Shown here: positions 9,085 to 19,179 of the stretch, in pieces
Layout of the letters: every line of letters begins with the position of its first letter
Position numbering within the stretch: the first letter of the stretch is position 1
Virus record (IMG/VR): IMGVR_UViG_3300050821_017216
Location: 1-64,000 of that record
Source: a virus
Reading direction: 5' to 3' (one strand)
DNA: 64,000 nucleotides
Position numbers and translations under genes: made by a program
Notes under the pieces: model-generated
The model's input: the letters and a program-made list of their open reading frames with translations, nothing else
Databases searched by the model: none
Told to the model about the DNA's origin: nothing

Positions 9085-9477
9085 TCACGGTCGTTGGCCG
9101 TCCTTGGCCTGGATGCGGACGAGCAGCCAGTTCACGAGGGCCAACAGCTCGCCCTTGGAGTGCCGGTTACCCACCATCCGCATCGCGACGCCGTACGTGT
9201 CATGCGCCTCGCTACCGTGCGCCGGGTGCGCTGCCCTGATCGCCTCGGTCCACTCGTCCGGCGTGTCACACCACACGGAGGTATCCAACAACGCGACCGT
9301 CGCATCCGTGCACGATACGCAGAGGTGGAGCTTCGGTACGATGTCCGCCTCCATCTCGACCCCGACTAGCTCGCAGGTACCTTTGGGCGGCAGCAGCAGG
9401 ACGCCACCCTTCTCGGTCAGCTCCCTCCTGCAGCGGCAACACTTGGGGTCGATCATCGTCGTCTCCGTTCTTTCCAC
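9085..9477 (-). CDS. Zn-finger hypothetical protein
   Basis: CCRC and CVSC motifs. Confidence 0.55.
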   Translation of the reverse strand: MERTETTMIDPKCCRCRRELTEKGGVLLLPPKGTCELVGVEMEADIVPKLHLCVSCTDATVALLDTSVWCDTPDEWTEAIRAAHPAHGSEAHDTYGVAMRMVGNRHSKGELLALVNWLLVRIQAKDGQRP

Positions 9478-10271
9478 GCTTCCACGTCACTCGGGTCGGG
9501 CAGTGTCACCACCCAACATAGGAAGGCGATGTAACCGACGACGAAGGTGACCGCGAAGAGTCCCGCGACGAAAAACATCCCCCATAGGTGACTGAAGAAC
9601 ACCACGTCGGCCGACACGCACGCGACGAGGATCTTGGTGGCCCACCTGTCCTGGTCCAGGGTCATCACCCACCCACTCCGCTCGGTCGCACCAGGCGGGT
9701 CACTCCGTCGGCGGTCACCTCCGTGAGTAGGCCGTCCGCGATGAACGCGTCCACGTCGCGCTGGGGCGTCCAGACGGTGCCGCCGCCGACCGGCTCGATG
9801 ACGGCGACGCCGCTCACGAAGCCCCTGCAGACCGCGCCGTCGAGACGCGCGAGCAGGTCCTCGCGCGTGTACCGAGACCACCTCTCACCGACGCGCGAGC
9901 TCGCGCGCGCGAGGAAGCCAGACAGGTCAGCGCCTACGGGGTCCGTCATGTGCTTGTCCCCCGTAGCTGCGCGCTGTCGAGCGCACCCTCGTACGCGCGC
10001 GCGGCGTCGACAAGCGTGCGCAGTGCGCGCCACCGGTGCTCGTCGATCGACCCGTCCGCGCCACCGTCTGGTTGACCGTTCTGAGCCTCGTCGAGGATTT
10101 GCTCAAGCTCGAGGACGACGTCCATGTTGATGCGACGCCGCTCGACGAGCAGGTAGGAAAGCAGGAGAGCCGCCTGGCCCGCCTGCTTCGGCCTACAATC
10201 GTTGCAGACATTCCTCGTCCTCGGCTGGTGATCCAGCTCGCTCTGGTTGCCGCACGCCTGGCAGAAGAAGC

Positions 10272-10640
10272 TCACCCGCGTGGCTCCCTGCACGGTTCGT
10301 TCGGCTTGGCGTCGCACCGCGAGCAGTGCCCGCGCAGGCCGAGTAAGCGCTCGACGTGCGCTACCTTCTCACCGGATCCCTCGTACGCGAACCGCCGGAC
10401 CCGCTGCCCCTCGTACTCGACCCAATCGTCCCACGCGTCGAGGTCGACGAACCGCGACTGACCGCCGACTATCACCTCGTGCATCGGTCGGAGCGGCCGG
10501 ACGGTGAGTGTGCCGGTCGTGTGGCTCACGTAGAGCACCATCGGCTGCCGGGTCTCGTGGTGGGTCACGAGCGCGAGCGCCGTGTACTTACCCCCCTTGT
10601 AGTGCCGGTAGACACCGGTCCGGAACGCCTCCTCGCTCAT
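10272..10640 (-). CDS. DUF1653-like protein
   Basis: GVYRHYKGGKY...HHETRQPMVLY signature. Confidence 0.75.
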   Translation of the reverse strand: MSEEAFRTGVYRHYKGGKYTALALVTHHETRQPMVLYVSHTTGTLTVRPLRPMHEVIVGGQSRFVDLDAWDDWVEYEGQRVRRFAYEGSGEKVAHVERLLGLRGHCSRCDAKPNEPCREPRG

Positions 10641-11065
10641 CGCGGTCTCGAAGCGTCGGCGACTGCATCGATCTTGGCGTCGAACGCTCGGCACCGGACG
10701 AGGATCCGGTCTATGCAGAGGTCGGTGAGCCTCTCGGCGTATGCGACCAACTGCTCCGGAGCTCGCTGGGCCCCCTCGCTCGAGATCAGCCACTCCAGCC
10801 GCTTCGCGAAGATCTCTACCCACGCCTGCTTCGCGTGCTTCAGATCTCGGAGGTAGACCTCGTCCAGCGGGACGAAGCCCTTGGTCCGAAGCGCCGTCTC
10901 GAGGTCGTCGGAGAAGTCGCGGTCGCGCGGGCGATGCACCTGGGCATACCCAAACAAGAACGGCTGCGCGTCCTTGTCGGTGAGCTTGAGCGCCACGAAG
11001 CCGGGCGGGCACCATTCGTACTTGTCGCTCTTGAACTCGCCTTCGTCGGTCAGATGGTCACCCAT
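10637..11065 (-). CDS. Hypothetical protein
   Basis: AAGGA RBS; ATGA coupling to the next gene. Confidence 0.6.
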   Translation of the reverse strand: MGDHLTDEGEFKSDKYEWCPPGFVALKLTDKDAQPFLFGYAQVHRPRDRDFSDDLETALRTKGFVPLDEVYLRDLKHAKQAWVEIFAKRLEWLISSEGAQRAPEQLVAYAERLTDLCIDRILVRCRAFDAKIDAVADASRPR

Positions 11066-11089
11066 CGAAGAACGTCCTTTCCTCAACAC

Positions 11090-11398
11090 TCACGGTTTGG
11101 TGGGGGCAGCGTGCCACTTCTCGAAGATCACGGCCTTGTCCTGCGTCCGCCCAGCGACCGCGCGCTGCTCCTCGGCGGTGAGGTTGTGGCGCATGAAGAA
11201 CGCGAGCGCGGCGTAGAGGTCCCCGATCTCGTCGACGAGCATCTTGCGCAGGTCGCCGGACCAGTGCTTGGTGTCGCCGGCGGTCGCCACCAGCTTGCCG
11301 AGCACCTGGATGAACTCCCCCTGCTCCTCGATCAGCTTCGAGGTGCCTGGCCAGACGGCGCTGCCGATGGAGAAGTCGCCGCTGCCGGTCGGTCTCAC
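11090..11398 (-). CDS. MazG-like nucleotide pyrophosphohydrolase
   Basis: KLIEEQGEFIQVLGK...LVDEIGDL pattern; start uncertain. Confidence 0.55.
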   Translation of the reverse strand: MRPTGSGDFSIGSAVWPGTSKLIEEQGEFIQVLGKLVATAGDTKHWSGDLRKMLVDEIGDLYAALAFFMRHNLTAEEQRAVAGRTQDKAVIFEKWHAAPTKP

Positions 11399-11672
11399 GG
11401 CTGACGATCTCACGGCTAGCCATCTCCCGACGCGGGTCGCGCGAACAGCCGGTCGTACTCGACGATCGCGCTGCCGAGTTGAAAGTGGTTCGACCGCGAC
11501 CGCGCGGCGTCGACCACCTTGCGCGCCGCGATCAGCTCCTCGAGCACGAGGTGCTCCTCGATCTCCTCGATGAGGTGACCCACGTCCCCGTAGTCCTGGT
11601 GTGGGTCTGCGTCCGACGCGCGGAACGCGCCAAGGAGCTGCGCCAGATCGGTGTCGGTGAGCCGGCCGCCCA

Positions 11673-11918
11673 TCAGGTCTCCGGTTCCTCACGCTCGCTG
11701 CGTGAGCGCCGCCTGCGCGGGCGATCGGCGCGTTCTGGCTGTAGGTCCTCGAACCGGCCCTCAAACTCCTCGACCATCGCGTCGGCGATGGCCCCGCACG
11801 TGGTGGCCACGTCCTCGACGAGCGACTTGAAACCGTCGACCTCGTCGGGGATCTCGTAGCTATGGATCGCGGCCTTGGCGAACTCGACCCAGAGATCCTT
11901 CTTCTCATCGTCGTTCAT
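11673..11918 (-). CDS. Acidic hypothetical protein
   Basis: 81-aa ORF, GGAG RBS. Confidence 0.6.
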   Translation of the reverse strand: MNDDEKKDLWVEFAKAAIHSYEIPDEVDGFKSLVEDVATTCGAIADAMVEEFEGRFEDLQPERADRPRRRRSRSEREEPET

Positions 11919-12380
11919 GGTTGTGGACTCCTCAGTTCAGTGAGCAGCGTGGCGAACGGTCGGTGCGTGAGCGTGGGCCTACCCTCCGCGATCAGGCGCC
12001 GGATGCGTAGCGCACCTCGCTGCGCGAGGCAGAGGTCACACGGTCGGCGGCGCGCGCGATGGTTGTCGTTGCAGTAGTGGTCGTCCTCCGGGTCGCTCAC
12101 GAGACCGTCCCCCCGTTCGTATCGCGGACAGTATCGGCTGTCAACCGAGGCGCATCGCACGAGCGACACGCGGGGAGTAGCTCCTTCAGGGAGCCGTTCA
12201 TGACGCCGCAGGACGCGCACGTCCAGCCCGGGAGCACGAGTCCGCCAGGCGCGCGCCAGCTGCCGCTCGGTCGCAGTCGCAGCGACCCGCATAGCGAGCA
12301 CCAAGACGGTAGCTCGACACCATCCTCGTCAGCCGGGAGGGCGATGACGTCGGCATCAGGGTGCGTGCAGCCCGTATCCC

Positions 12381-12935
12381 TCACTCGGTCCCCCCTTCCG
12401 GCACACGCACCGCGATACCGGCGTCCGCCTTCACGTTGTGCCTCGCGCGGAAGTGCGCCGGGTCGATCGCCAGGACGCGCCGGAACTCCCGCACCTCCTC
12501 ACCGTCGGCCGACAGCCCACGCGCCTCGCAATAAGCGAGCAGCGTCACCCCGAGGCCGCCCGCCTCCTGCGCCGGATCACCGGGGGGCTTGCCGTAGACG
12601 TGGTCGACGACGGCGCGCGCGCGCTCGGGAGTCAGACCCTCCGCCTGGCCTAGCTCGACCGCCTCCTCGAGCACGCGCTGCGCGCGCTCGTAGGGCGCGA
12701 GCGCGAGCGGGCCGAACGTGTCGCCGACCCACTGCAGGACCGCTCGCTGGCGCGCGTCGCGCGCCGACTCCAGCGCGGCCGCGCGATCCTGCAGCTGCAG
12801 CGCCTTCTGACCGAAGGCGTCGCGCTGCGCGGTCAGCTCGTCGACCAGGAGAGTGAGGCGGGAGACCCCAGTCTCCGCCGTCTCGCATCTCGCCTCCAAG
12901 ACATCCAGCATCTGCTCCGCGTTCAGCTTGCTCAC
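12381..12935 (-). CDS. MazG-like/dUTPase-fold protein with N-terminal coiled coil
   Basis: RVLEEAVEL...GDPAQEAGG motifs. Confidence 0.45.
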   Translation of the reverse strand: MSKLNAEQMLDVLEARCETAETGVSRLTLLVDELTAQRDAFGQKALQLQDRAAALESARDARQRAVLQWVGDTFGPLALAPYERAQRVLEEAVELGQAEGLTPERARAVVDHVYGKPPGDPAQEAGGLGVTLLAYCEARGLSADGEEVREFRRVLAIDPAHFRARHNVKADAGIAVRVPEGGTE

Positions 12936-13813
12936 TGGTCAGTCCCGATCTTCGAGAAGTCGTGCTCGTTCTTGAGCCCTTTACGATACTGTCGCCAGCC
13001 CCACAGGTTGCCCATAGGGACGCGCCGTTCCACCCACCCGGCAGCCAGCTCGGTGCTGTAGACCACCCACTGCTCCTCGGTGAGAGCCTGCGCGACGTGC
13101 TCGAATGGGCTCATGTGCCCGGCCGCCGCGAGCTTGTCGACGCGCGCGAGGTCCGCGGGTGGGTCTCGCTTGTCATGGTTCAGGTAGCTGACGGCCGCGC
13201 ACCGGCCGATACTGATCCGGCAGATGTCGTCCGGACCGTAGCCCAAGATGTGCCCGTCGTAGCCGGTCACGTACGGCAGGTGCCACATCCCGGCAGAGAG
13301 TCGCTGCGGCTCGCTCTTCTGCCAGAGTCGATGGGCCTTGCCAGCGACGTCGGCCAGCTCCGGCTGTGCGGCCGCGTGGTCGCGGAGCGCGAAGAAATTG
13401 TCGAACTCCGTCGCCGTCACGACAACCGTGATGAACATGCCGAGCTCCGCGGCGCGGTTGGCGACCTGCTTGTGCAGGCCTAGGTTCCCTAGCTCGCAAG
13501 CGTACCGCACGCCGCTCATGACGGCCTCGAGCCAGACCCTCCGCGCCTCCCTGAGCGCGAAGTCGGTCAGCTCCTCGCGCGCGGCCATCCCCGACTGGTT
13601 CTTTCCCCACCACACCGGGAACACCGGGTCCTCCTCGATCCGACCGAGCAGCCTCTCGGTCGGGATCGCGCGCGAGGACGCGCTGTTGCGTGACAGGACA
13701 CGGTGCGTGAGCAGCTCGGCATGGACGATGCGCGGATAACTCAACTCGAACGTTGTCAATCGCGCGCCGTTCGGGCCCACACTGTCAAGGATGATCTTCG
13801 CCTCGTACGCCAT
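12932..13813 (-). CDS. thyX: FAD-dependent thymidylate synthase-like protein
   Basis: YPRIVHAELLTHRVLSRNSASSRAIP; FFALR; HMSPFEHVA (phage ThyX family). Confidence 0.85.
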   Translation of the reverse strand: MAYEAKIILDSVGPNGARLTTFELSYPRIVHAELLTHRVLSRNSASSRAIPTERLLGRIEEDPVFPVWWGKNQSGMAAREELTDFALREARRVWLEAVMSGVRYACELGNLGLHKQVANRAAELGMFITVVVTATEFDNFFALRDHAAAQPELADVAGKAHRLWQKSEPQRLSAGMWHLPYVTGYDGHILGYGPDDICRISIGRCAAVSYLNHDKRDPPADLARVDKLAAAGHMSPFEHVAQALTEEQWVVYSTELAAGWVERRVPMGNLWGWRQYRKGLKNEHDFSKIGTDQ

Positions 13814-13814
13814 G

Positions 13815-14066
13815 TCAGGCCCCTTTCTCTGCCTGCGCGCGAGCGCGCATCAACTCAGCCTCTTCAGCTCCCCGCACGAGCAGCGCGGCGAGGTTGCGCG
13901 CGGCGACCGGGTCGAGGCGGCGCATGGCCCCAACCACGCCCGTCCGGAAAGAGCCGTTACACTCAAACAGGTTGAGCGAAACACCTTCCGTGTCGGCCCA
14001 CACTTCACCTGCGTCGTACGGGCTGTTGTGGTTCGGTCCCCTCACGCCACCTATGAATACGCTCAT
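13815..14066 (-). CDS. Hypothetical protein
   Basis: 83-aa ORF between HerA-like gene and thyX. Confidence 0.55.
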   Translation of the reverse strand: MSVFIGGVRGPNHNSPYDAGEVWADTEGVSLNLFECNGSFRTGVVGAMRRLDPVAARNLAALLVRGAEEAELMRARAQAEKGA

Positions 14067-14072
14067 CGGGCA

Positions 14073-15791
14073 TCAACCTCTCAGCTGCTCGGTCAACATG
14101 ATCTCGCTCCGACCCTCGACGATGCCGAGCGTGCGGAGCCTGGACAGCGCGTTGTTGAACCCACCGCCACCCGCCTCGTACGGCGGGTCACACTTGGCGG
14201 CGACGTCCTCCTTCGACATCGCGCGGTCGCTCTCCCGCAGCACGCGCATGATCTCGCGGTGCGCGCGCCCGAGCTCCGGGTGCCGCAGCCAGTCGTCGAA
14301 GAGCTGGTCGGGGTCCTCGGGCAGCGGGTCGAAGCCACCGAGCGCCGCGAGTCCGTCCCCGGTGATCTCGATCGGGTCGGTCCCGACGACGCGCATGGCC
14401 GTACGCAGCGCGCTCAGGTTGTTGTTGAAGCCGCCACCGTTCGAGGCGTATCGCGCCAGGATCGCGAGCTTGCTCTTGCTGCACGACCCGTAGCGCGCGA
14501 GCGCTAGCAGGATGCGGCGCTGGCCGCCAGGTAGCGAGTCGCCGGCGCCACGTGCTGACTTGATGGCATGCTGCGTAGAGCCGCGGGTAGGCCTTGGCGA
14601 TGCCGGCGGCGGTCGGAGATCCGCGCTGTTCTTCTTGCTCCACTGGAGACCGGGCGCGCTGACTTGCCGCTGACTCGCGTCGAACGCCTTGAGGACTCGC
14701 CCGGTATCCAGCGCCACGTTCGAGAGCTGCGCGCCGAGCAAGTCGAGCTTCGAGGCGACCATCGCGAGGTCCTCTACCTGTTTGTTCGTGAGGACCGGTT
14801 TCTCGATGATCTGCGGCAGCGCCGCCGGCTGCGCCTTGAGTTGCTTCTCGAGCTCCGCGATGCGACGCCGCAGCTCGCGCGGGTCTTCAACCCTCGCCCT
14901 CTCCACGACGTCGGCGAGCGACTTCGAGATCTCGACGATGTCGATGGGCGTGAGCGCCCTCACCTCCACCTTCCGAGCGCCCACCTTCGGGGTGGCCGAT
15001 GCGTCGAATGTCCGCTTCTCGCCGATCGTCGTCGTCAGCGACACGCGGAGCCACGCGGGGCTCCACACGCGCGCCTCACCGACGTGGAGCGACGGGAGTA
15101 GCGCGGCGATGTCCTCGTCGATACCCTTGTCGGCGATCCACGCGTCGATGGCCTTGCGCTCGTGGGTACCGGTCGTCTGGAAGACGAACAGGCACTCGGT
15201 CTGGTTGAGCGCCTTCTTGTTGACCTCCTGCGGGCGCTGGCTGATGAGCGACGCGCCGATGCCGAAGTTGCGACCGAGCTTGACGATCCGCTCGAACGCG
15301 CCGAGCATCCGCCTCTCCTCGCCCTGCGGGTTCTGGGGTATGAACTCCTGACTCTCCTCCACGAAGAGATGGATCGCGCTCGGCGCCGACTTCTTTCTGT
15401 AGAAGAGCCGCGTCGCGAACGCCTCGGCGAAGCGGGCCTTGTCCGTGTTGTGCTCGAACTGGCTGACATCGAGCACCGCCGCGATCTGCCGGTCGACGAT
15501 GAGGTCCGCGATCCTCGCGCCCATGAGCGGCTCGAGCGGCAGGTCGCCGTGCAGCCCCCCGAACACCGGCACATCGAGGCCGGACGGCTTGCCGTCCGCG
15601 CGCAGTCGCAGGCTCCACCACTTGCCCACCGGGTCGAGCGCGACGAACTGCGCGCCCGCCTCGCCGAAGAGCTCCGCGAGCTTGGTCGCCGCGTAGGTCT
15701 TCCCGCTGCCCGTCCGACCGATGAACGCGATCTTCTGCGTGACGGCGTCGAGCGGGAGCGCCAGGTCGCCGGACATCCTGAGCTTGGTCAT
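14073..15791 (-). CDS. HerA/DUF87-like ATPase with C-terminal winged-helix-like repeats
   Basis: Walker A GRTGSGKT, Walker B FVEESQE, KLGRNFGIG, SQRPQ; two GGGFNNxLSxLR repeats. Confidence 0.8.
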   Translation of the reverse strand: MTKLRMSGDLALPLDAVTQKIAFIGRTGSGKTYAATKLAELFGEAGAQFVALDPVGKWWSLRLRADGKPSGLDVPVFGGLHGDLPLEPLMGARIADLIVDRQIAAVLDVSQFEHNTDKARFAEAFATRLFYRKKSAPSAIHLFVEESQEFIPQNPQGEERRMLGAFERIVKLGRNFGIGASLISQRPQEVNKKALNQTECLFVFQTTGTHERKAIDAWIADKGIDEDIAALLPSLHVGEARVWSPAWLRVSLTTTIGEKRTFDASATPKVGARKVEVRALTPIDIVEISKSLADVVERARVEDPRELRRRIAELEKQLKAQPAALPQIIEKPVLTNKQVEDLAMVASKLDLLGAQLSNVALDTGRVLKAFDASQRQVSAPGLQWSKKNSADLRPPPASPRPTRGSTQHAIKSARGAGDSLPGGQRRILLALARYGSCSKSKLAILARYASNGGGFNNNLSALRTAMRVVGTDPIEITGDGLAALGGFDPLPEDPDQLFDDWLRHPELGRAHREIMRVLRESDRAMSKEDVAAKCDPPYEAGGGGFNNALSRLRTLGIVEGRSEIMLTEQLRG

Positions 15792-16492
15792 CGGCTCACC
15801 CCACCGGCCGGGCAGCCGCCGCCGAGGTGGATCGATCGCGGGTAGCCGGTGCGGCGCTCGACGTACCCCCCGCACCTCCCGCACACCGCGCGCGTGACGC
15901 CGACCGACTCCACCGCCGGCTTCGGCTGCGCACTCGCCCGTCGGCGCGTCCGTACCGTCGGCCTGCGCACGCGGACGTGGCGCGGCGATCGGCTGACGAC
16001 GCGCCCGTACTCCACGCCGGCTCGCCACGGTACCAGGCGGCCGAGCTGCTGGGCCTCGGCGAACAGCTCCAGCACCTCCTCGCGCAGGCTCACGGCCCCC
16101 TCCAGCGGTTGCTCTTGAGGTGCGACTCGATGTCCGGGTGCTCGCGCACGGCCAGGATCTTGGCGCACGCCGGCGAGCAGGTCCGAGCCTTGGGCGACTG
16201 GTACTTCCGCTGGGGGACCGGCTCGCCGCAGACCGCGCAGTCGCAGATCTTGCCCATCACGGATCCCTCGGTTCGCGCGCATACCACGATTTATCCGGTA
16301 CGCCGCAGTGCGAGTTGAACCGGGCCGCCGCCCGGTTGAGTAAAACGATCGCTTGCGCCAACTCCGACACCGCCTCGTCCGAGTGGGAGGACTCCATCAC
16401 GCGAGCCGACGGAATGGCACACCGGGACACTCGAGCCGCTTCCTGCAGCTCACGCGCTACGTCGCCCAACGTCCTGCTGCGCGCGTCGCCGG

Positions 16493-17422
16493 TCATCCGG
16501 CCGCTCGCGCTGGTTCGTTGCGCCACTCTCCCGCGCGGATGCGCTCCGGGATGGCGGCCGGCGACCCGTCCCAGTTCTCGTCGCCGTTCCACGTGCGCTC
16601 GATCCACGCGGCGATGGCCTCCGCCGCGCCGTCCTCGACCTTCTTGAGATCTCTCACGGGCAGGGGGGTCGCCGACGGCGGCTCCCCGCCGCCGACGAGC
16701 TTCGGCTCGGGGAGACCCATGACCTCTCGGGCCTTTCTGGCGTTCGGGTTGCGCTTCTTGCCCGGCACCCGTGGCGCCTCGGCGAGCAGCTTCGCGAGCT
16801 TCGTGCGCGCCCCATCCGGCTCCTCACGCGCCAGCCTGTAAGCGTCCGAGACGGAGATCTTGCCCGCGTCGAGCGCGTTCCGTACGACCGCGGGCGCGTC
16901 GAGCAGCTTGAGCAGGCTCTTGACGGTCGACTCGCTCGCGCCGAGCAGGGCCGCCACCTCCTTCTCGTCGTGGCCGAGGTTGATGTACCGCTGAGCTTTG
17001 AGCGCGCGGTGCATCGGCGTGTCCGCCCGGCGGTGCTCGTTGGTGGTGATCATCATCGCCATCCGCTGCGACGCGTTCACCCGCTTGAGGTGTACCGGCA
17101 GCCGGAGCAGGGGCAGCCCCTGCTTCTTGAGGCGCTTGTTCGCCTCGCGACACGCCTTGGTGCGCTGCCTGCCGTCGGTGATCTCGATCTTGCCCGTCTC
17201 GGGGTTACGCGACCCGTTGAGGATCTCAAGGACCCCCTGCGGGGTCGCGCCGTCCGGCGCGTACATCATGCTGGCGACGAGCGCCTCGTCGAAGTCGTAG
17301 TGCACGCGCTCGTCGTAGACCGGCGAGTTCTTGTCCTCGACGAGGACGACGTCGTTCGGGTCGAAGTACCAGACGTCGGTCTTACCCTTCGCCTTGAGTG
17401 CGTCTCTCGATTGCTTCGGCAT
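16493..17422 (-). CDS. ParB-like protein
   Basis: EITDGRQR motif, TNEHR, followed by an HTH (EVAALLGASESTV). Confidence 0.7.
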   Translation of the reverse strand: MPKQSRDALKAKGKTDVWYFDPNDVVLVEDKNSPVYDERVHYDFDEALVASMMYAPDGATPQGVLEILNGSRNPETGKIEITDGRQRTKACREANKRLKKQGLPLLRLPVHLKRVNASQRMAMMITTNEHRRADTPMHRALKAQRYINLGHDEKEVAALLGASESTVKSLLKLLDAPAVVRNALDAGKISVSDAYRLAREEPDGARTKLAKLLAEAPRVPGKKRNPNARKAREVMGLPEPKLVGGGEPPSATPLPVRDLKKVEDGAAEAIAAWIERTWNGDENWDGSPAAIPERIRAGEWRNEPARAAG

Positions 17423-17461
17423 CTCTCTCTACCTCCCTAACAAGAACCACTCTTCTCGCGA

Positions 17462-18313
17462 TCACCAGATGAGGAGCTCGCCGACCGCCCCGCGCTTACC
17501 GGCCTTGCTGTTGATGTTCCGTCTCGCCTCCACCCGCTGCACGTCGAAGCCCTCATAGAGCCTGCGCACGCTCAGGTGGTCGGCGTTGGAGAGCAGTACG
17601 CGCACGCCTTGCTTCTTGAGTCGGCGCGCGCAGGACGCGAGCCGCTCCTGGTCGGTCCAGTCGAACCCCCCTGACGTGTACCCGGTGAAGCTGCTGCTCG
17701 CGCTCACCGGCACGTACGGACAGTCGAAGTAGACGAAGTCGCCCGCCCGAGCGTGCGCCATCACCGACGCGAAGTCGCCGCGCGCGAGCTCCACGCCCTG
17801 CAGCGCGACCGAGCAGGCGCGCAGGTTCGCCTCGTCGCAGATCGTCGGGTTCGCGTACCGGCCGATCGGGACGTTGAACTTGCCCGCCCGATTGACGCGG
17901 TGGAGGCCGTTGAAACAGGTACGGTTCAGGTAGATCGCCCGCGCCGCGATGGCGAGTCTCGACGTCGGAGACTGCTCGCGCACGGCGTAGTAGTGCTCCA
18001 CCGAGTGCTTGGCGGTGTGAGACATGAGCGCGGCGATGAGGTCATCGACGTCGTCGCGGACGGTCTCGTATGCCATCATCCAGTGGATGTTGGCGTCTCC
18101 CAGATAGCCGTCGCGTCCGTGTACCCGACCGGCTTCGTAGAGGTCGAAGAAGAGGGCACCACCCCCGACGAACGGCTCGAAGTACCGCCTGAACGACGCG
18201 GGCACGTGCTCGCGGATCTCTGGCAAGAGTGAGCGCTTCCCACCTGCTGACTTCAAGAACGGTGCAGCGTGGGTTGGTTGTTCCACGCCGATGGCGGCGG
18301 TCGATCGACTCAT
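17462..18313 (-). CDS. dam: Dam-like N6-adenine DNA methyltransferase
   Basis: KSAGGKR, YFEPFVGGGALFF, YLNRTCFNGL, VYFDCPY (motif IV variant). Confidence 0.85.
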   Translation of the reverse strand: MSRSTAAIGVEQPTHAAPFLKSAGGKRSLLPEIREHVPASFRRYFEPFVGGGALFFDLYEAGRVHGRDGYLGDANIHWMMAYETVRDDVDDLIAALMSHTAKHSVEHYYAVREQSPTSRLAIAARAIYLNRTCFNGLHRVNRAGKFNVPIGRYANPTICDEANLRACSVALQGVELARGDFASVMAHARAGDFVYFDCPYVPVSASSSFTGYTSGGFDWTDQERLASCARRLKKQGVRVLLSNADHLSVRRLYEGFDVQRVEARRNINSKAGKRGAVGELLIW

Positions 18314-18599
18314 CGTAACCTCAGGTCTCTACCGATGGTCGTCCGGACCACCTCGGCGAACTCCGTCCCGGTCAGCTTCCGCTTCACGCGCGCGAGCGCG
18401 CGCTCGGCCCACTCGCGCTGCCTGTCAGTCAGGCCGTACGCGTCGTCGCCGTACTCCTCGGCGCGCTCGCGCAGCCTGTCGAGCATCTCCGCGAAGACGC
18501 CCGCCTCGTACGGGTCCAAGTCGGTACGCGCGAGCACGCGCTCGAGGAGGTCGACGTCGTCCAGGTCCGCGACGTCGACCTCCCGCCTGCGCCGGGGCA

Positions 18600-19127
18600 T
18601 CAGAACGGTGCTTTGGGCACCCCGCTGACGCCGGTGCCGTTGGCGCCAGCCGCCCCGCCGAGGTTGACGGGCCGACCGAGCGTCGCCTGGATGTTCGCGG
18701 CGAACTCCTTGCCTCCGCCCGGCATCGGGTTCGACGTGTGGAAGACGCCGCCGCCCGACAGGATCGACACGCGGATGCGCCACTTGCCGTCGTAGAACTC
18801 CCACTTCAGCTCGACGTCGACCTCATTCGAGTCGATGCCGGCGAGCGTCGTGATGTCCGCGCAGCCGAGCGCGCGCAACCGCTCCTCGGAGTACGGGGCG
18901 GCGTCCGGCGAGAAGTAGAGCGGCGAGACGAACGCGCGCTGCAGGTCCGGCAGGTAGAGGTGGACGAGCAGCTCCGGCGTGTTCTTGGAGCTCTTGCCGA
19001 ACTCGTGCGGGGCGCCGGTCGCGTCGGGCGTAACGGCCTTGGCCTTGTACCGGCCCTCCTTGGGCTCGGTCGGCTTCGCGGTGGGGGACGCTTGGGGCGC
19101 CGGGGGTACGGGGGGTGTGTTGCTCAT
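18600..19127 (-). CDS. DUF669-like ssDNA-binding protein
   Basis: EGRYKAKA...SKNTPEL...; directly downstream of the AAA_24 gene; Gly-rich tail ending PF. Confidence 0.55.
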   Translation of the reverse strand: MSNTPPVPPAPQASPTAKPTEPKEGRYKAKAVTPDATGAPHEFGKSSKNTPELLVHLYLPDLQRAFVSPLYFSPDAAPYSEERLRALGCADITTLAGIDSNEVDVELKWEFYDGKWRIRVSILSGGGVFHTSNPMPGGGKEFAANIQATLGRPVNLGGAAGANGTGVSGVPKAPF

Positions 19128-19179
19128 GGTCTGCTCTCTCCTTTGGGGTTTTCTCTTCTCTTCACTCAGACACTATGGG

